A stretch of 64,000 nucleotides of DNA. It comes from Macrostomum lignano (taxonomy: Eukaryota). The stretch spans positions 186,001 through 250,000 of the forward strand of contig NIVC01000236.1 of NCBI GenBank assembly GCA_002269645.1, read 5' to 3'. The translations under genes were made by a program, and so were the position numbers. The notes below the pieces were generated by a model that made no database searches, was not told the origin of the DNA, and saw nothing but the letters and a program-made list of their open reading frames with translations. Shown here piece by piece: positions 47,901 to 59,083 of this stretch; position 1 is the first letter of the stretch; each line of letters opens with the position of its first letter.

Positions 47901-48737
47901 TCGATCCTCAATCGATCCCAAAGCCTAATTAACACGGGAAATCTATCCTAAGCCCTAATTAACAGGGGAAATCGGTCCCCAAGCCCTAATTAACAGGGCA
48001 AATCGGTCCCCAAGCCCTAATTAACAGGGCAAATCGATCCCAAGCCCTAATTAACAGGGGAAATCGATCACCAAGCCCTAATTAACAGGGGAAATCGGTC
48101 CCCAAGCCCTAATTAACAGGGGAAATCGATCCCAAGCCCTAATTAACAGGGGAAATCGATCACCAAGCCCTAATTAACAGGGGAAATCGGTCCCCAAGCC
48201 CTAATTAACAGGGGAAATCGGTCCCCAAGCCCTAATTAACAGGGGAAATCGATCACCAAGCCCTAATTAACAGGGGAAATCGGTCCCCAAGCCCTAATTA
48301 ACAGGGGAAATCGATCCCAAGCCCTAATTAACAGGGGAAATCGGTCCCCAAGCCCTAATTAACAGGGGAAATCGGTCCCCAAGCCCTAATTAACAGGGGA
48401 AATCGGTCCCTATGCAATAGCATACGGTGCAAGCGCTCGAAATTCTGCTTTGACAGACGCTCCATTCATTGACCTGGACCTCTGCGATGCCGCTGAAGAA
48501 ACCGCAGCAGCCACCGGCTCAGCCGCCACGTCCGCTTCCGTTAATCTCTCGGCCGCCGGTCAGCCAGCGCCGCCGCAGGACGCCAGCGGCAGCGTGGAGG
48601 CCGGGCGGAAGTCGGCCAAGAAGCGGCCCAAGTCCGGCAAGGAGAAGCCGCAGACCGAGCCGCCCAATGCGGACGACAATCAGGCCGAGAAGAAGCAGAA
48701 TAAAAAGAAGAAAAAGTGCCACAACGAGGCCGAGTAG
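44918..48737 (+). CDS. Uncharacterised multi-exon, predicted helical protein with acidic + Lys-rich C-terminus (exons 44918-44963, ~45112/45115-45160, 46654-47168, 47315-47859, 48457-48737)
   Basis: All four introns have GT-AG ends and consistent phases (1,0,2,1), giving MPTESVRVHTCLYFG..WSSFPYCELFLYRK-SLDARLASLAEC...-DAPFIDLD...KKQNKKKKKCHNEAE. The exons show GC-rich coding-like codon usage. The 5' exons are less certain. Confidence 0.7.
45190..46545. repeat. 32-bp intronic minisatellite (aggctactgtagtgcagaactaaggggtgctc), ~42 copies
   Basis: The direct array begins ~30 bp after the AAG|GTAAAT donor. Confidence 0.97.
47920..48415. repeat. 31-bp intronic minisatellite (aagccctaattaacaggggaaatcggtcccc)
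   Basis: About 16 copies filling the last intron of the unknown gene. Confidence 0.95.
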
Positions 48738-49164
48738 CCCCGTTGTCGAACTCTCTCTATTTTTCACTCTAGTTTGCTTATAATAACCCGAATAGGGATT
48801 TGAATTGATTGGTTATAAAGTTTTTTGTTATCCCTCTGTGTGTAAGGCTGTCCTATTTCAAACTGAGTGCATTTGTTAAATTCCAAACTACTTCAAGTAG
48901 CTTTGTCGATACTAATAAATTGATCAGCATATTGGCTGGGCTTTGGAAATTTCTTAGTTTCATAAGCTATTTTTAGCTTGTAATTGCTTTATTCTGTTGT
49001 ACTCTATAAATAGCTCTTATTTAACTCAAGTGGAGAAGATTGGGCTCCTGGAAAAATCTATAGAGATGTATAGGCTAAGATGAGCTCCTTTTCACAGCTT
49101 AATTCTTAACCCAAAATAATTCATCAATCTTGGATATTCTTTGCTTCCAGCCAATCTGGTCCGG

Positions 49165-50596
49165 ATGCCCGGAACTGAGCGCACAACCAGGCAGTTTGAT
49201 GAGGTAGGAACTAATTTGATAAACTTTGCAACTTAAATGCATCCAGTGGGGGGGTGGTGGTACCTGCGAGTTTGAAAACTAGTGGCTAGGTGTTGAGGAT
49301 AGGGAATTATTGGCTGGAAATCAGCGGCACACAGTGCAGTGACTTAGTGACTGGGGATCAGTGACTTAATGACTGGGGATCAGTGACTTAGTGACTGGGG
49401 ATCAGTGACTTAATGACTGGGGATCAGTGACTTAGTGACTGGGGATCAGTGACTTAATGACTAAAGATTAGTGACTTAGTGACTGGGGATCAGTGACTTA
49501 ATGACTGGGGATCAGTGACTTAGTGACTGAGGGATCAGTGACTTAATGACTGAGGGATCAGTGACTTAGTGACTGGGGATCAGTGACTTAGTGACTGGGG
49601 ATCAGTGGCACAGGGGAACTGCCTGTAGCCGGTAGCCCAGGCAAAGGTGAAAGACAAGTCTTTGATTTTGTTGCAGACGCAGCTGCCACCAAAGAAGCGC
49701 CTGCGCAGCGATCGGCAGACGCCGGCCGGCTCCCCAGCCGCCAATTCGCTTGGCCAGCAGCTGGTGCAGGAGACGCTGGCTCGGGACCGGGCCATCCTGG
49801 ACATGCAGGAGCTGGCCGCGCTGGAGCGGAAGCGCCAACGCCTGCTGTTTGAGTTGCGACGGAACGGGAAAAAAGTGCACAACGGTTCGAGTCCTCCTCA
49901 GCAGCGGAAATCGACAACTGCTGTCCCCGCGGTGGCTGAGTCAACTGGTGCAGAGGAGCGAGCTCTGCTGAGCACTCTGGCTCGGATCACCGTGCTGCTG
50001 GCCAAGCAAAACAAGACAAAAGGTGGGTACTTGGTCTTTGACCCATGGAAATTGAACTGTTTTGTCTTATCCTTTCATCATTTTTATTCAGGGTTTTGTA
50101 GATTATCCCAGAATCCTTTCACCCATACGCGCGACTCAGAATCCTTTGACCCATGCTCTTCGACCCATGCTCCCCGACCCAAAATCCTTCGACCCATGCT
50201 CCCCGACCCAAAATCCTTCGACCCATGCTCCCCGACCCAAAATCCTTCGACCCATGTTCCCCGACCCAAAATCCTTCGACCCATGTCCCCCGACCCAAAA
50301 TCTTTTGACCCATGTCTACTCGACCCGAAATCCTTAGACCCATGTCCAATCGACCCAAAATCATTTGACCCATGCTCCCCGACCTAAAATCCTTCGACCC
50401 ATGTCTCCCGACCCAAAATCCTTTAACCCATGCTCGCTGACTTAAAATATCCATTCGATTGTCTATTTCAGAGGAAAATACTTCAAAATGGAATGTCTTA
50501 ATAAAGCCGCAGCAGCACATGAACAAGTCGGAGCCAGAACAGCAGCAGAGGGAAAAGCAAGAGGGTGACAGCATTGCCGTTAGTGGCTACGATTAG
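49165..50596 (+). CDS. Uncharacterised ~169-aa protein with NLS-like PPKKRLR and a short coiled-coil-like segment (exons 49165-49203, 49677-50022, 50472-50596)
   Basis: Junctions GAG|gtagga..ttgcag|ACG (phase 0) and AAA G|gtgggt..tttcag|AG (phase 1) join into one open frame ending SGYD*. Confidence 0.7.
49340..49605. repeat. 22-bp intronic minisatellite (gtgactggggatcagtgactta)
   Basis: About 12 copies. Confidence 0.93.
50135..50435. repeat. 29-bp intronic minisatellite (cgacccaaaatccttcgacccatgctccc)
   Basis: About 10 copies. Confidence 0.92.
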
Positions 50597-50769
50597 TTCT
50601 TTTTGTGTACTTTTAGAAGCAAAAAACTAGCTCAAAAAGGCGCTTTTATGAAATTATTTTTACATTGACCAACTTCTTCATTCTTTCAAACTGAGCTGCT
50701 TTGCTTTTTGACATCTTTTTGCTGCAACTGTTTCATGCTTTATAATCAGCCTTGCTGCAATGCGACTGT

Positions 50770-51275
50770 CTGACCCACCCTGACCAATCAGAGTTGTTCC
50801 AGCCTGAATGTGTCTGACCCAGCCTGACCAATCAGAGTTGTTCCAGCCTGAATGTGTCTAACCCACTCTGACCAATCAGAGTTGTTCCAGCCTGAATGTG
50901 TCTGACCCACTCTGACCAATCAGAGTTGTTCCAGCCTGAATGTGTCTAACCCACTCTGACCAATCAGAGTTGTTCCAGCCTGAATGTGTCTGACCCACCC
51001 TGACCAGTCAGAGTTGTCCCAGCCTGAAAATGTCTCACCCAGCCTGACCAATCAGAGTTGTTCCAGCCTGAATGTCTGACCCACCCTGACCAATCAGAGT
51101 TGTTCCAGCCTGAATGTGTCTAACCCACCCTGACCAATCAGAGTTGTTCCAGCCTAAATGTGTCTAACCCACCCTGACCAGTCAGAGTTGTTCCAGCCTG
51201 AATGTGTCTGACCCACCCTGACCAATCAGAGTTGTTCCAGCCTGAATGTGTCTGACCCACTCTGACCAATCAGAT
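50770..51275. repeat. 44-bp minisatellite with a CCAAT box in each unit
   Basis: Unit ctgacccaccctgaccaatcagagttgttccagcctgaatgtgt, 12 copies. Ten carry CCAATCAG and two carry CCAGTCAG. Confidence 0.95.
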
Positions 51276-51947
51276 TTGGTGCTCAAACTTATTACTGGGC
51301 ACAAAAAAGCTTTATTATCGGAGGTGTGGCACTGTGTTTATAAATTTAAATTATTTTTATTGACATCTTTTGAACCAAGAACTTATAATTGCGTTTCTTT
51401 CCTCCATTTGGTGCCGGGTCTTTCTGTATTTAGCGTTCATTTTTCTTGAGTGATAATTTTCTGAGACGGAAAGATGTTCAAGTCGTACTGGTGTGACAGC
51501 ATTTTATCGAAGGCCGGGTTGTAGTCGGCTTGTATCTGCGATTTAGTCATAATCATGAATATTAAATATACACGGCGCTGGTGCTGCCATTTTTTGTTAA
51601 ATAAGAGCCGATTTTTGCTGTTTTTTGGACTTTAATGAACTAAGATTTTCGCAATACTCAGTCGTAATACGTTTAACCCACCGATTTAACATTATTATTT
51701 TTTGAAATGCTTTGAGAATCCCATTTGCACGAATAGCTGTTAAAATCCCATTTCTCGGAATCGCTGTAGGAGTCCCATTTCTAGGAATCACTGTAGAAAT
51801 TCCATTTCTAGGAATCACTGTAGAAATTCCATTTCGAGGAATCTCTGTAGAATCCTGTTTCGAAGAGACATTTACCTGTCAGTGCTGTGCTGAATTCAAT
51901 GCCATCTGCCACCCGATCCATTGCATGCTTAAATCGCAGACGCAGTC

Positions 51948-52979
51948 ATGCATCTGATGAACGCCATCAAGACTGTGAACCCGCACCTGCAGCAGGGCCT
52001 GCCCCGCCACTACGGCTGGGTGGTTCTGGCCGGCTCTGGCGGGTTCTTTGTCAACTATTACCTGGCTGGCCGGGTCATGCAGGCCCGCAAGAAGTTCGGA
52101 GTGGAATACCCGGACATGTACAGCAAGGATAGCAAGGAGTTCAACTGCGTGCAACGTTCGCACCAGAACTACCTGGAGTCGATGCCGTTCTTCTACTTCA
52201 TGCTGGTGTTTGGCGGCCTGCAGGCTCCCAGGTGAGCGGCGCGATAACTTCCGGTGTTGTGAGGTTCCGGTGTTAAGGTTCCGGTTTGAAATTCCGTGTC
52301 GTAAGGTACCGGTGTTGTGAGGTTCCGGTGTTGTAAGGTTCCAGTGTTGTGAGGTTCCGGTGTTGTGAGGTTCCGGTGTTGTGAGGTTCCGGTGTTGTAA
52401 GGTTCCGGTGTTGTGAGGTTCCGGTACTGTAAGGTACCGGTGTTGTGAGGTTCCAGTGTTGTGAGGTTCCGGTGCTGTAAGGTACCGGTGTTGTAAGGTT
52501 CCGGTGTTGTGAGGTTCTGGTGTTGTGAGGTTCCGGTTTTGTAAGGTACCGGTGTTGTAAGGTACCGGTGTTGTGAGGTTCCGGTGCTGTAATTTCGGTG
52601 TGGTGCTGCAAGCGCAAGAGCCGAGTCGAATTTGCAGCAGCTAAGATGGCAGCTCCTATGTGTAAAGCAAGTCCATGTAAAACTAACTGGGGCTGGTTAA
52701 TTCTACTGCCAACATTTTGTGGGGAATCTGCCCGATCTCAACAGAGGACAGCTTAGCAAATAAATTCTACCGTTAAAATCCCCTAACCCCTCCCCCAGGT
52801 GCTCGGCCGCCTGCGCCGCCATCTACCTGGCCGGCCGAGTAGTGTACGCCCAGGGCTACTCAACCGGCGACCCGAAGAAGCGAATGCGCGGCGCCTTCGG
52901 CTACATCGGCCTGTTCACCCTGCTGCTGAACACCGTGATCCTGGGCGGCCGCATGATCAAGGCCGCCTACGACAACTGA
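51948..52979 (+). CDS. MGST3: Microsomal glutathione S-transferase 3 (MAPEG family; exons 51948-52231, 52799-52979)
   Basis: Motifs VMQARKKFGVEYPDMY, FNCVQRSHQNYLE and GRVVYAQGYSTGDPKKRMRGAFGYIG. Phase-2 intron CCCAG|gtgagc..ccccag|G. Confidence 0.95.
52245..52595. repeat. 16-bp intronic minisatellite (ggttccggtgttgtga)
   Basis: About 21 copies starting ~15 bp after the MGST3 donor. Confidence 0.93.
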
Positions 52980-53689
52980 GCCGGGAACTAAGAGTACAAA
53001 TCAGTGCGAACTGCACACAGTACAGTTTCTAGTGTGAGACCTGTTTGTTGAACTCTGCACCAGTGAGCTCGGATTGCCCCCCCCCCCGCTTTAGTCAGTG
53101 TTGTCTCCATAACTATCTATTAAAATTAGTGATTTACAGTGTAGTTTATTGCTAGTTAGAATCGCTCTGTCCCACTATTTGCTTCAGTGAAGCTGTCGGG
53201 CTCGTCTGACAGCGCTGCGCAACTTTTTTAGATTTTAGTGTGCAACTACTCAAATCAGAAGGCGTATTTGTGTTTTTTTCTTAATTTTGAATTTAGAAAA
53301 ATGCTACAGTTGATGGGAAACACAGTTTTTTTAAGTTTAGCCGCTTGAGCAATCTCAGTTACTTCGCTGTTTTCTAGAAGATGGTAGTCTTTAAGTCAAA
53401 AACAGTCTTTGTCGGTCATTTTGTTCCCTTAGATAATGCGCTCTTTTGTTAAAAAAATGCTTCCCCCTCTGATGTTCAGCTGGTAGTTTCCCAGTAATTA
53501 CTCTGTAGCCTAAGTGTTAGTCAGGCAACTTAGCGAGTCAATGAAATACAAAATGTTGAATTGCATACAGCTTTTTCTGTTACACCCAGTCTCCATAGTT
53601 ACAGCACTCTGTCTGAATCTTCTGTGTTGGCGCACATTTTTGTCAAGTCGTATTCATTTCGTTTTTAATTTATTTTCTTAAAGAAATTA

Positions 53690-55545
53690 CTCCTCTCCGC
53701 TCCCCCCGCCTCTCCGCTCCCTCCGACTCTCCGCTCCCTCTGACTCTCCGCTCCCTCCGACTCTCCCCTCTCTCTGAATCTCCCCTCCCTCCGCCTCTCC
53801 GCTCCCCCGCCTCTCCGCTCCCCCGCCTCTCCGCTCCCTCCGACTCTCCCCTCCCTCTGAATCTCCCCTCCCTCCGCCTCTCCGCTCCCTCTGAATCTCC
53901 CCTCCCTCTGAATCTCCATTCCCTCTGACTCTCCCCTCCCTCTGAATCTCCACTCCCTCTGAATTTTCGCTCCCTCTGACTCTCCCCTCCCTCTAAATCT
54001 CCGCTCCCTCCGACTCTCCCCTCCCTCTGACTCTCCGCTCCCTCCGACTCTCCCCTCCCTCTGAATCTCCACTCCCTCCGACTCTCCCCTCCCTCTGAAT
54101 CTCCACTCCCTCTGAATCTCCACTCCCATTGAATCTCCACTCCCTCTGAATCTCCGCTCCCTCTGAATCTCTACTCCCATTGAATCTCCGCTCCCTCTGA
54201 AATTCCGCTCCCTCCGACTCTCCCCTCCCTCTGACTCTCCGCTCCCTCCGACTCTCCCCTCCCTCTGAATCTCCACTCCCTCCGACTCTCCGCTCCCTCT
54301 GAATCTCCGCTCCCTCCGACTCTCCCCTCCCTCTGATTCTCCGCTCCCTCCGACTCTCCCCTCCCTCTGAATCTCCGCTCCCTCTGAATCTCCGCTCCCT
54401 CTGACTCTCCCCTCCCTCTGAATCTCCGCTCCCTCCGACTCTCCCCTCCCTCTGAATCTCCACTCCCATTGAATCTCCGCTCCCTCTGAATCTCCACTCC
54501 CATTGAATCTCCCCTCCCTCTGAATCTCCGCTCCCTCTGAATCTCCGCTCCCTCCGACTCTCCCCTCCCTCTGACTCTCCGCTCCCTCCGACTCTCCCCT
54601 TCCTCTGAATCTCCGCTCCCTCCGACTCTCCCCTCCCTCTGAATCTCCACTCCCTCTGAATCTCCACTCCCTCCGACTCTCCCCTCCCTCTGAATCTCCA
54701 CTCCCTCTGAATCTCCGCTCCCTCCGACTCTCCACTCCCTCTGAATCTCCACTCCCTCTGAATCTCCGCTCCCTCCGACTCTCCCCTCCCTCTGACTCTC
54801 CACTCTCTCTGAATCTCCACTCCCTCTGAATCTCCGCTCCCTCCGACTCTCCCCTCCCTCTGAATCTCCACTCCCTCTGAATCTCCACTCCCTCTGAATC
54901 TCCGCTCCCTCCGACTCTCCCCTCCCTCTGAATCTCCGCTCCCTCTGAATCTCCGCTCCCTCCGACTCTCCCCTCCCTCTGAATCTCCATTCCCTCTGAA
55001 TCTCCGCTCCCTCCGCCTCTCCCCTCCCTCTGAATCTCCCCTCCCTCTGAATCTCCCCTCCCTCTGAATCTCCCCTCCCTCCGACTCTCCCCTCCCTCCG
55101 ACTCTCCCCTCCCTCTGAATCTCCCCTCCCTCTGAATCTCCGCTCCCTCCGCCTCTCCCCTCCCTCTGAATCTCCCCTCCCTCTGAATCTCCCCTCCCTC
55201 CGACTCCCCTCTCTCTGAATCTCCTCTCCCTCTGAATCTCCCCTCCCTCTGAATCTCCCCTTCCTCTGAATCTCCTCTCCCTCTGAATCTCCCCTCCCTC
55301 CGCCTCTCCCCTCCCTCCGACTCTCCCCTCCCTCCGACTCTCCCCTCCCTCTGAATCTCCCCTCCCTCTGAATCTCCCCTCCCTCTGAATCTCCGCTCCC
55401 TCCGCCTCTCCCCTCCCTCCGACTCTCCCCTCCCTCTGAATCTCCCCTCCCTCTGAATCTCCCCTCCCTCTGAATCTCCCCTCCCTCTGAATCTCCCCTC
55501 CCTCTGAATCTCCCCTCCCTCCGACTCTCCGCTCCCTCAGTCCCT
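53690..55545. repeat. 17-bp polypyrimidine/polypurine minisatellite (ccctctgaatctcccct and variants), ~100 copies
   Basis: C/T-rich plus strand with variants ccga/ctga and cgct/cact/ccct. Confidence 0.95.
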
Positions 55546-56124
55546 CAAGCCACTTAAAGCATTTAAAGCAATCAAAATGCAGAGAAAAAAAACGGTACGC
55601 ATCATTGAATTTAAATGTAATGATTTAATGCAATTTAATTAGCGACAACGCTCATTTGATGCGTTGTCTGTTTGTTTATCCTAGTTACCGGGCGCCAACA
55701 ATGTCTGCGTTCAGTTGTCTAATGGCTTCCTTGTAGAAGGCTAAGCCTAGGAAGACCGAAGGATAACTGCTTTCTTCGGGCTAAGAGGAACAATGCAAAA
55801 TGGGAATTGCATAGTTCGGCTGTGTCCTTGTGTGGTGTCTATGTTGTAATTAAACCACTGTACAACTCGCTTTGGTTCCACTTTTTTGAAAACTAAAAGC
55901 CGAAAACAAGGTAAGCATGCTTTGATAAGCACAAAGAGTTACATGCAGGCAAAAACATAGGATTTCGCACTTCTTTCCCTAGCCTCATCTGATAAATTCG
56001 TCACGAAGTTTTGCCCAGCCTCCACTTCTGCTGCAATTTTTACTCGTAGAACTCCGTGGTTACTTGGACGCAGGGCGCAGGCTGGCTGCGAGTTTTCATT
56101 ATGCATGCCAGGACAGAAGCAATC

Positions 56125-57720
56125 ATTTGAGTAGGTAGGCAGGAAAAGCGGCACCCAGCCCAGCACCATAGTTTGAGTAGGTAGGCAGGAATAGCGGCAC
56201 CCAGCCCAGCACCATAGTTTGAGTAGGTTGGCAGGAATAGCGGCACCCAGCCCAGCACCATAGTTTGAGTAGGTAGGCAGGAATAGCGGCACCCAGCCCA
56301 GCACCATAGTTTGAGTAGGTAGGCAGGAATAGCGGCGCCCAGCACCATAGTTTGAGTAGGTTGGCAGGAATAGCGGCACCCAGCCCAGCACCATAGTTTG
56401 AGTAGGTTGGCAGGAATAGCGGCACCCAGCTCAGCACCATAGTTTGAGTAGGTAGGCAGGAATAGCGGCACCCAGCCCAGCACCATAGTTTGAGTAGGTT
56501 GGCAGGAATAGCGGCAACCAGCCCAGCACCATAGTTTGAGTAGGTAGGCAGGAATAGCGGCACCCAGCTCAGCACCATAGTTTGAGTAGGTAGGCAGTAA
56601 TAGCGGCACCCAGCTCAGCACCATAGTTTGAGTAGGTAGGCAGGAATAGCGGCACCCAGCCCAGCACCATAGTTTGAGTAGGTTGGCAGGAATAGCGGCA
56701 ACCAGCCCAGCACCATAGTTTGAGTAGGTAGGCAGGAATAGCGGCACCCAGCTCAGCACCATAGTTTGAGTAGGTAGGCAGGAATAGCGGCACCCAGCTC
56801 AACACCATAGTTTGAGTAGGTTGGCAGGAGTAGCGGCAACCAGCTCAGCACCATAGTTTGAGTAGGTAGGCAGGAATAGCGGCACCCAGCTCAGCACCAT
56901 AGTTTGAGTAGGTAGGCAGGAATAGCGGCACCCAGCTCAGCACCATAGTTTGAGTAGGTTGGCAGGAATAGCGGCACCCAGCCCAGCACCATAGTTTGAG
57001 TAGGTAGGCAGGAATAGCGGCACCCAGCTCAGCACCATAGTTTGAGTAGGTAGGCAGGAATAGCGGCACCCAGCTCAGCACCATAGTTTGAGTAGGTAGG
57101 CAGGAATAGCGGCACCCAGCCCAGCACCATAGTTTGAGTAGGTAGGCAGGAATAGCGGCACCCAGCCCAGCACCATAGTTTGAGTAGGTTGGCAGGAATA
57201 ACGGCAACCAGCCCAGCACCATAGTTTGAGTAGGTTGGCAGGAGTAGCGGCAACCAGCCCAGCACCATAGTTTGAGTAGGTTGGCAGGAATAGCGGCACC
57301 CAGCCCAGCACCATAGTTTGAGTAGGTAGGCAGGAATAGCGGCACCCAGCCCAGCACCATAGTTTGAGTAGGTAGGCAGGAATAGCGGCACCCAGCTCAG
57401 CACCATAGTTTGAGTAGGTAGGCAGGAATAGCGGCACCCAGCTCAGCACCATAGTTTGAGTAGGTAGGCAGGAATAGCGGCACCCAGCTCAGCACCATAG
57501 TTTGAGTGGGTAGGCAGGAATAGCGGCACCCAGCTCAGCACCATAGTTTGAGTAGGTAGGCAGGAATAGCGGCAACCAGCCCAGCACCATAGTTTGAGTA
57601 GGTAGGCAGGAATAGCGGCACCCAGCTCAGCACCATAGTTTGAGTAGGTTGGCAGGAATAGCGGCAACCAGCTCAGCACCATAGTTTGAGTAGGTAGGCA
57701 GGAATAGCGGCACCCAGCCC
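56125..57720. repeat. 46-bp minisatellite (atagtttgagtaggtaggcaggaatagcggcacccagcccagcacc), ~35 copies
   Basis: Direct array with no unique spacers. Confidence 0.97.
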
Positions 57721-58520
57721 ATTTCTCATCAGATTTGCTATGCTACATGTATTATCGATTTTTCCAACAAGACAAGACAGTGCGTGAATAATATTTCGAT
57801 ACCATTTTGATATCAATGTCTTCAGAGCCTGGTAGATCTTGTTTATTAGTCAAAACTTCGTGAACCGTCGTGTTATAAAGTTTTCCTCGATTCATTCCGA
57901 GCTGTCGGTCACATTTAGCCGTAGGCGACCACCTCGCAGATGGTGAAGAATTCATTTAGCCGGCTGCGGCCGCGCCTGTTGCAGCTGAAGTTCCGCACCA
58001 AGAAGGCGGTTGAGGTGACGAAGTCCACACAGGCGACGCCGTCCACGGAGATGACGAAGTTGTTGAGTCGCTCCGGGCAGCAGTCGCCGCGGTTGTACAG
58101 CGTCACCTCAGTGATGAAGACCTCATCGGCTGTGCCAGCAGCTCCCACCACTGGTTGGCCCCTTCGGCGCTGCAGAAGCAGGTCGGGAAAGTCTGCACGA
58201 GGTTGCCGTCGATGGCATCGCTGCACAGGTTGTTCCAAGGAGAGTAGAAGGAGCTCTGCTCGCAGCGGGACAACGGCAGTTTGAGCGGCGAGGCTGCAAA
58301 TGTCAAGAGAAACTCGGGAGCGTCAGTCTGGGGTGATTTTAGCTCCACTGCAACCAATTTTTCCCGTATCCATATCTAAGGCTGCTGAGGTACATGTATA
58401 TTGCAAAGAGATGCTACATGTAGTTTATTCCAAAACTTGTACTGCATTTTTGGCTCCCCAACGCTAAGATACTAAGCTAAAAAATACTACTAGCGCTTCA
58501 CAAACTTATGCAGATGTCAG

Positions 58521-58745
58521 GCTGTAGGGTTGGTGTTAGGGTTAAGGTTTAGGGTTAGGTTCAGGGTTATAGCGGTAAGATTCGAGTTAGGGCTAGGGTT
58601 AGGGTAGCTTATAACTTAGCTCATGTAGCTTATTAAAAATGTTTATCATAGAAGCGTCATGCAAAAAATTATAGAAGCATCATGCAAAAACTCATGGACA
58701 AAATATTAAATTTAGGGTTATGGTTAGGGTTAAGGGTTAGAAGTT
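58521..58745 (+). repeat. Degenerate (TTAGGG)-like repeats inside an intronic element
   Basis: gttagggttaaggtttagggttaggttcagggtt.., ttagggctagggttaggg and tttagggttatggttagggttaagggttag. Confidence 0.7.
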
Positions 58746-59083
58746 TGACAAGGGATTTTTTAAGATTTCAAGGCTACATGTAGCTTATTAAAAAAACGTG
58801 TATTGCATTTCTTTGGCTCCCCAACGGGGGGCGTAGATTGCTAGTCCATATCTAAGGCCGTATCTAAATCCCCCCGCGCTGCATATCCGTATATTTGATT
58901 ATTTCCCTCAACAGTTCTGCCATCATTTACTATAGCATAGTGATAAAGTAAAGAATGACTAATAATTCCTAACCTATAGGGCTTCGAAAATCTGTTGCTT
59001 GAGTCCCCGACTCGGGGAATATATAAATCCTTCAGGCCCTCGGATTCTCCTCCTTTCTGCCCTAGATAACCTGCTGGATTTGT

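Noticed and set aside
53665-57682. Multiple 80-441-aa ORFs in the 17-bp and 46-bp arrays
   Set aside because: Artefacts of tandem repeats, open in several frames at once.
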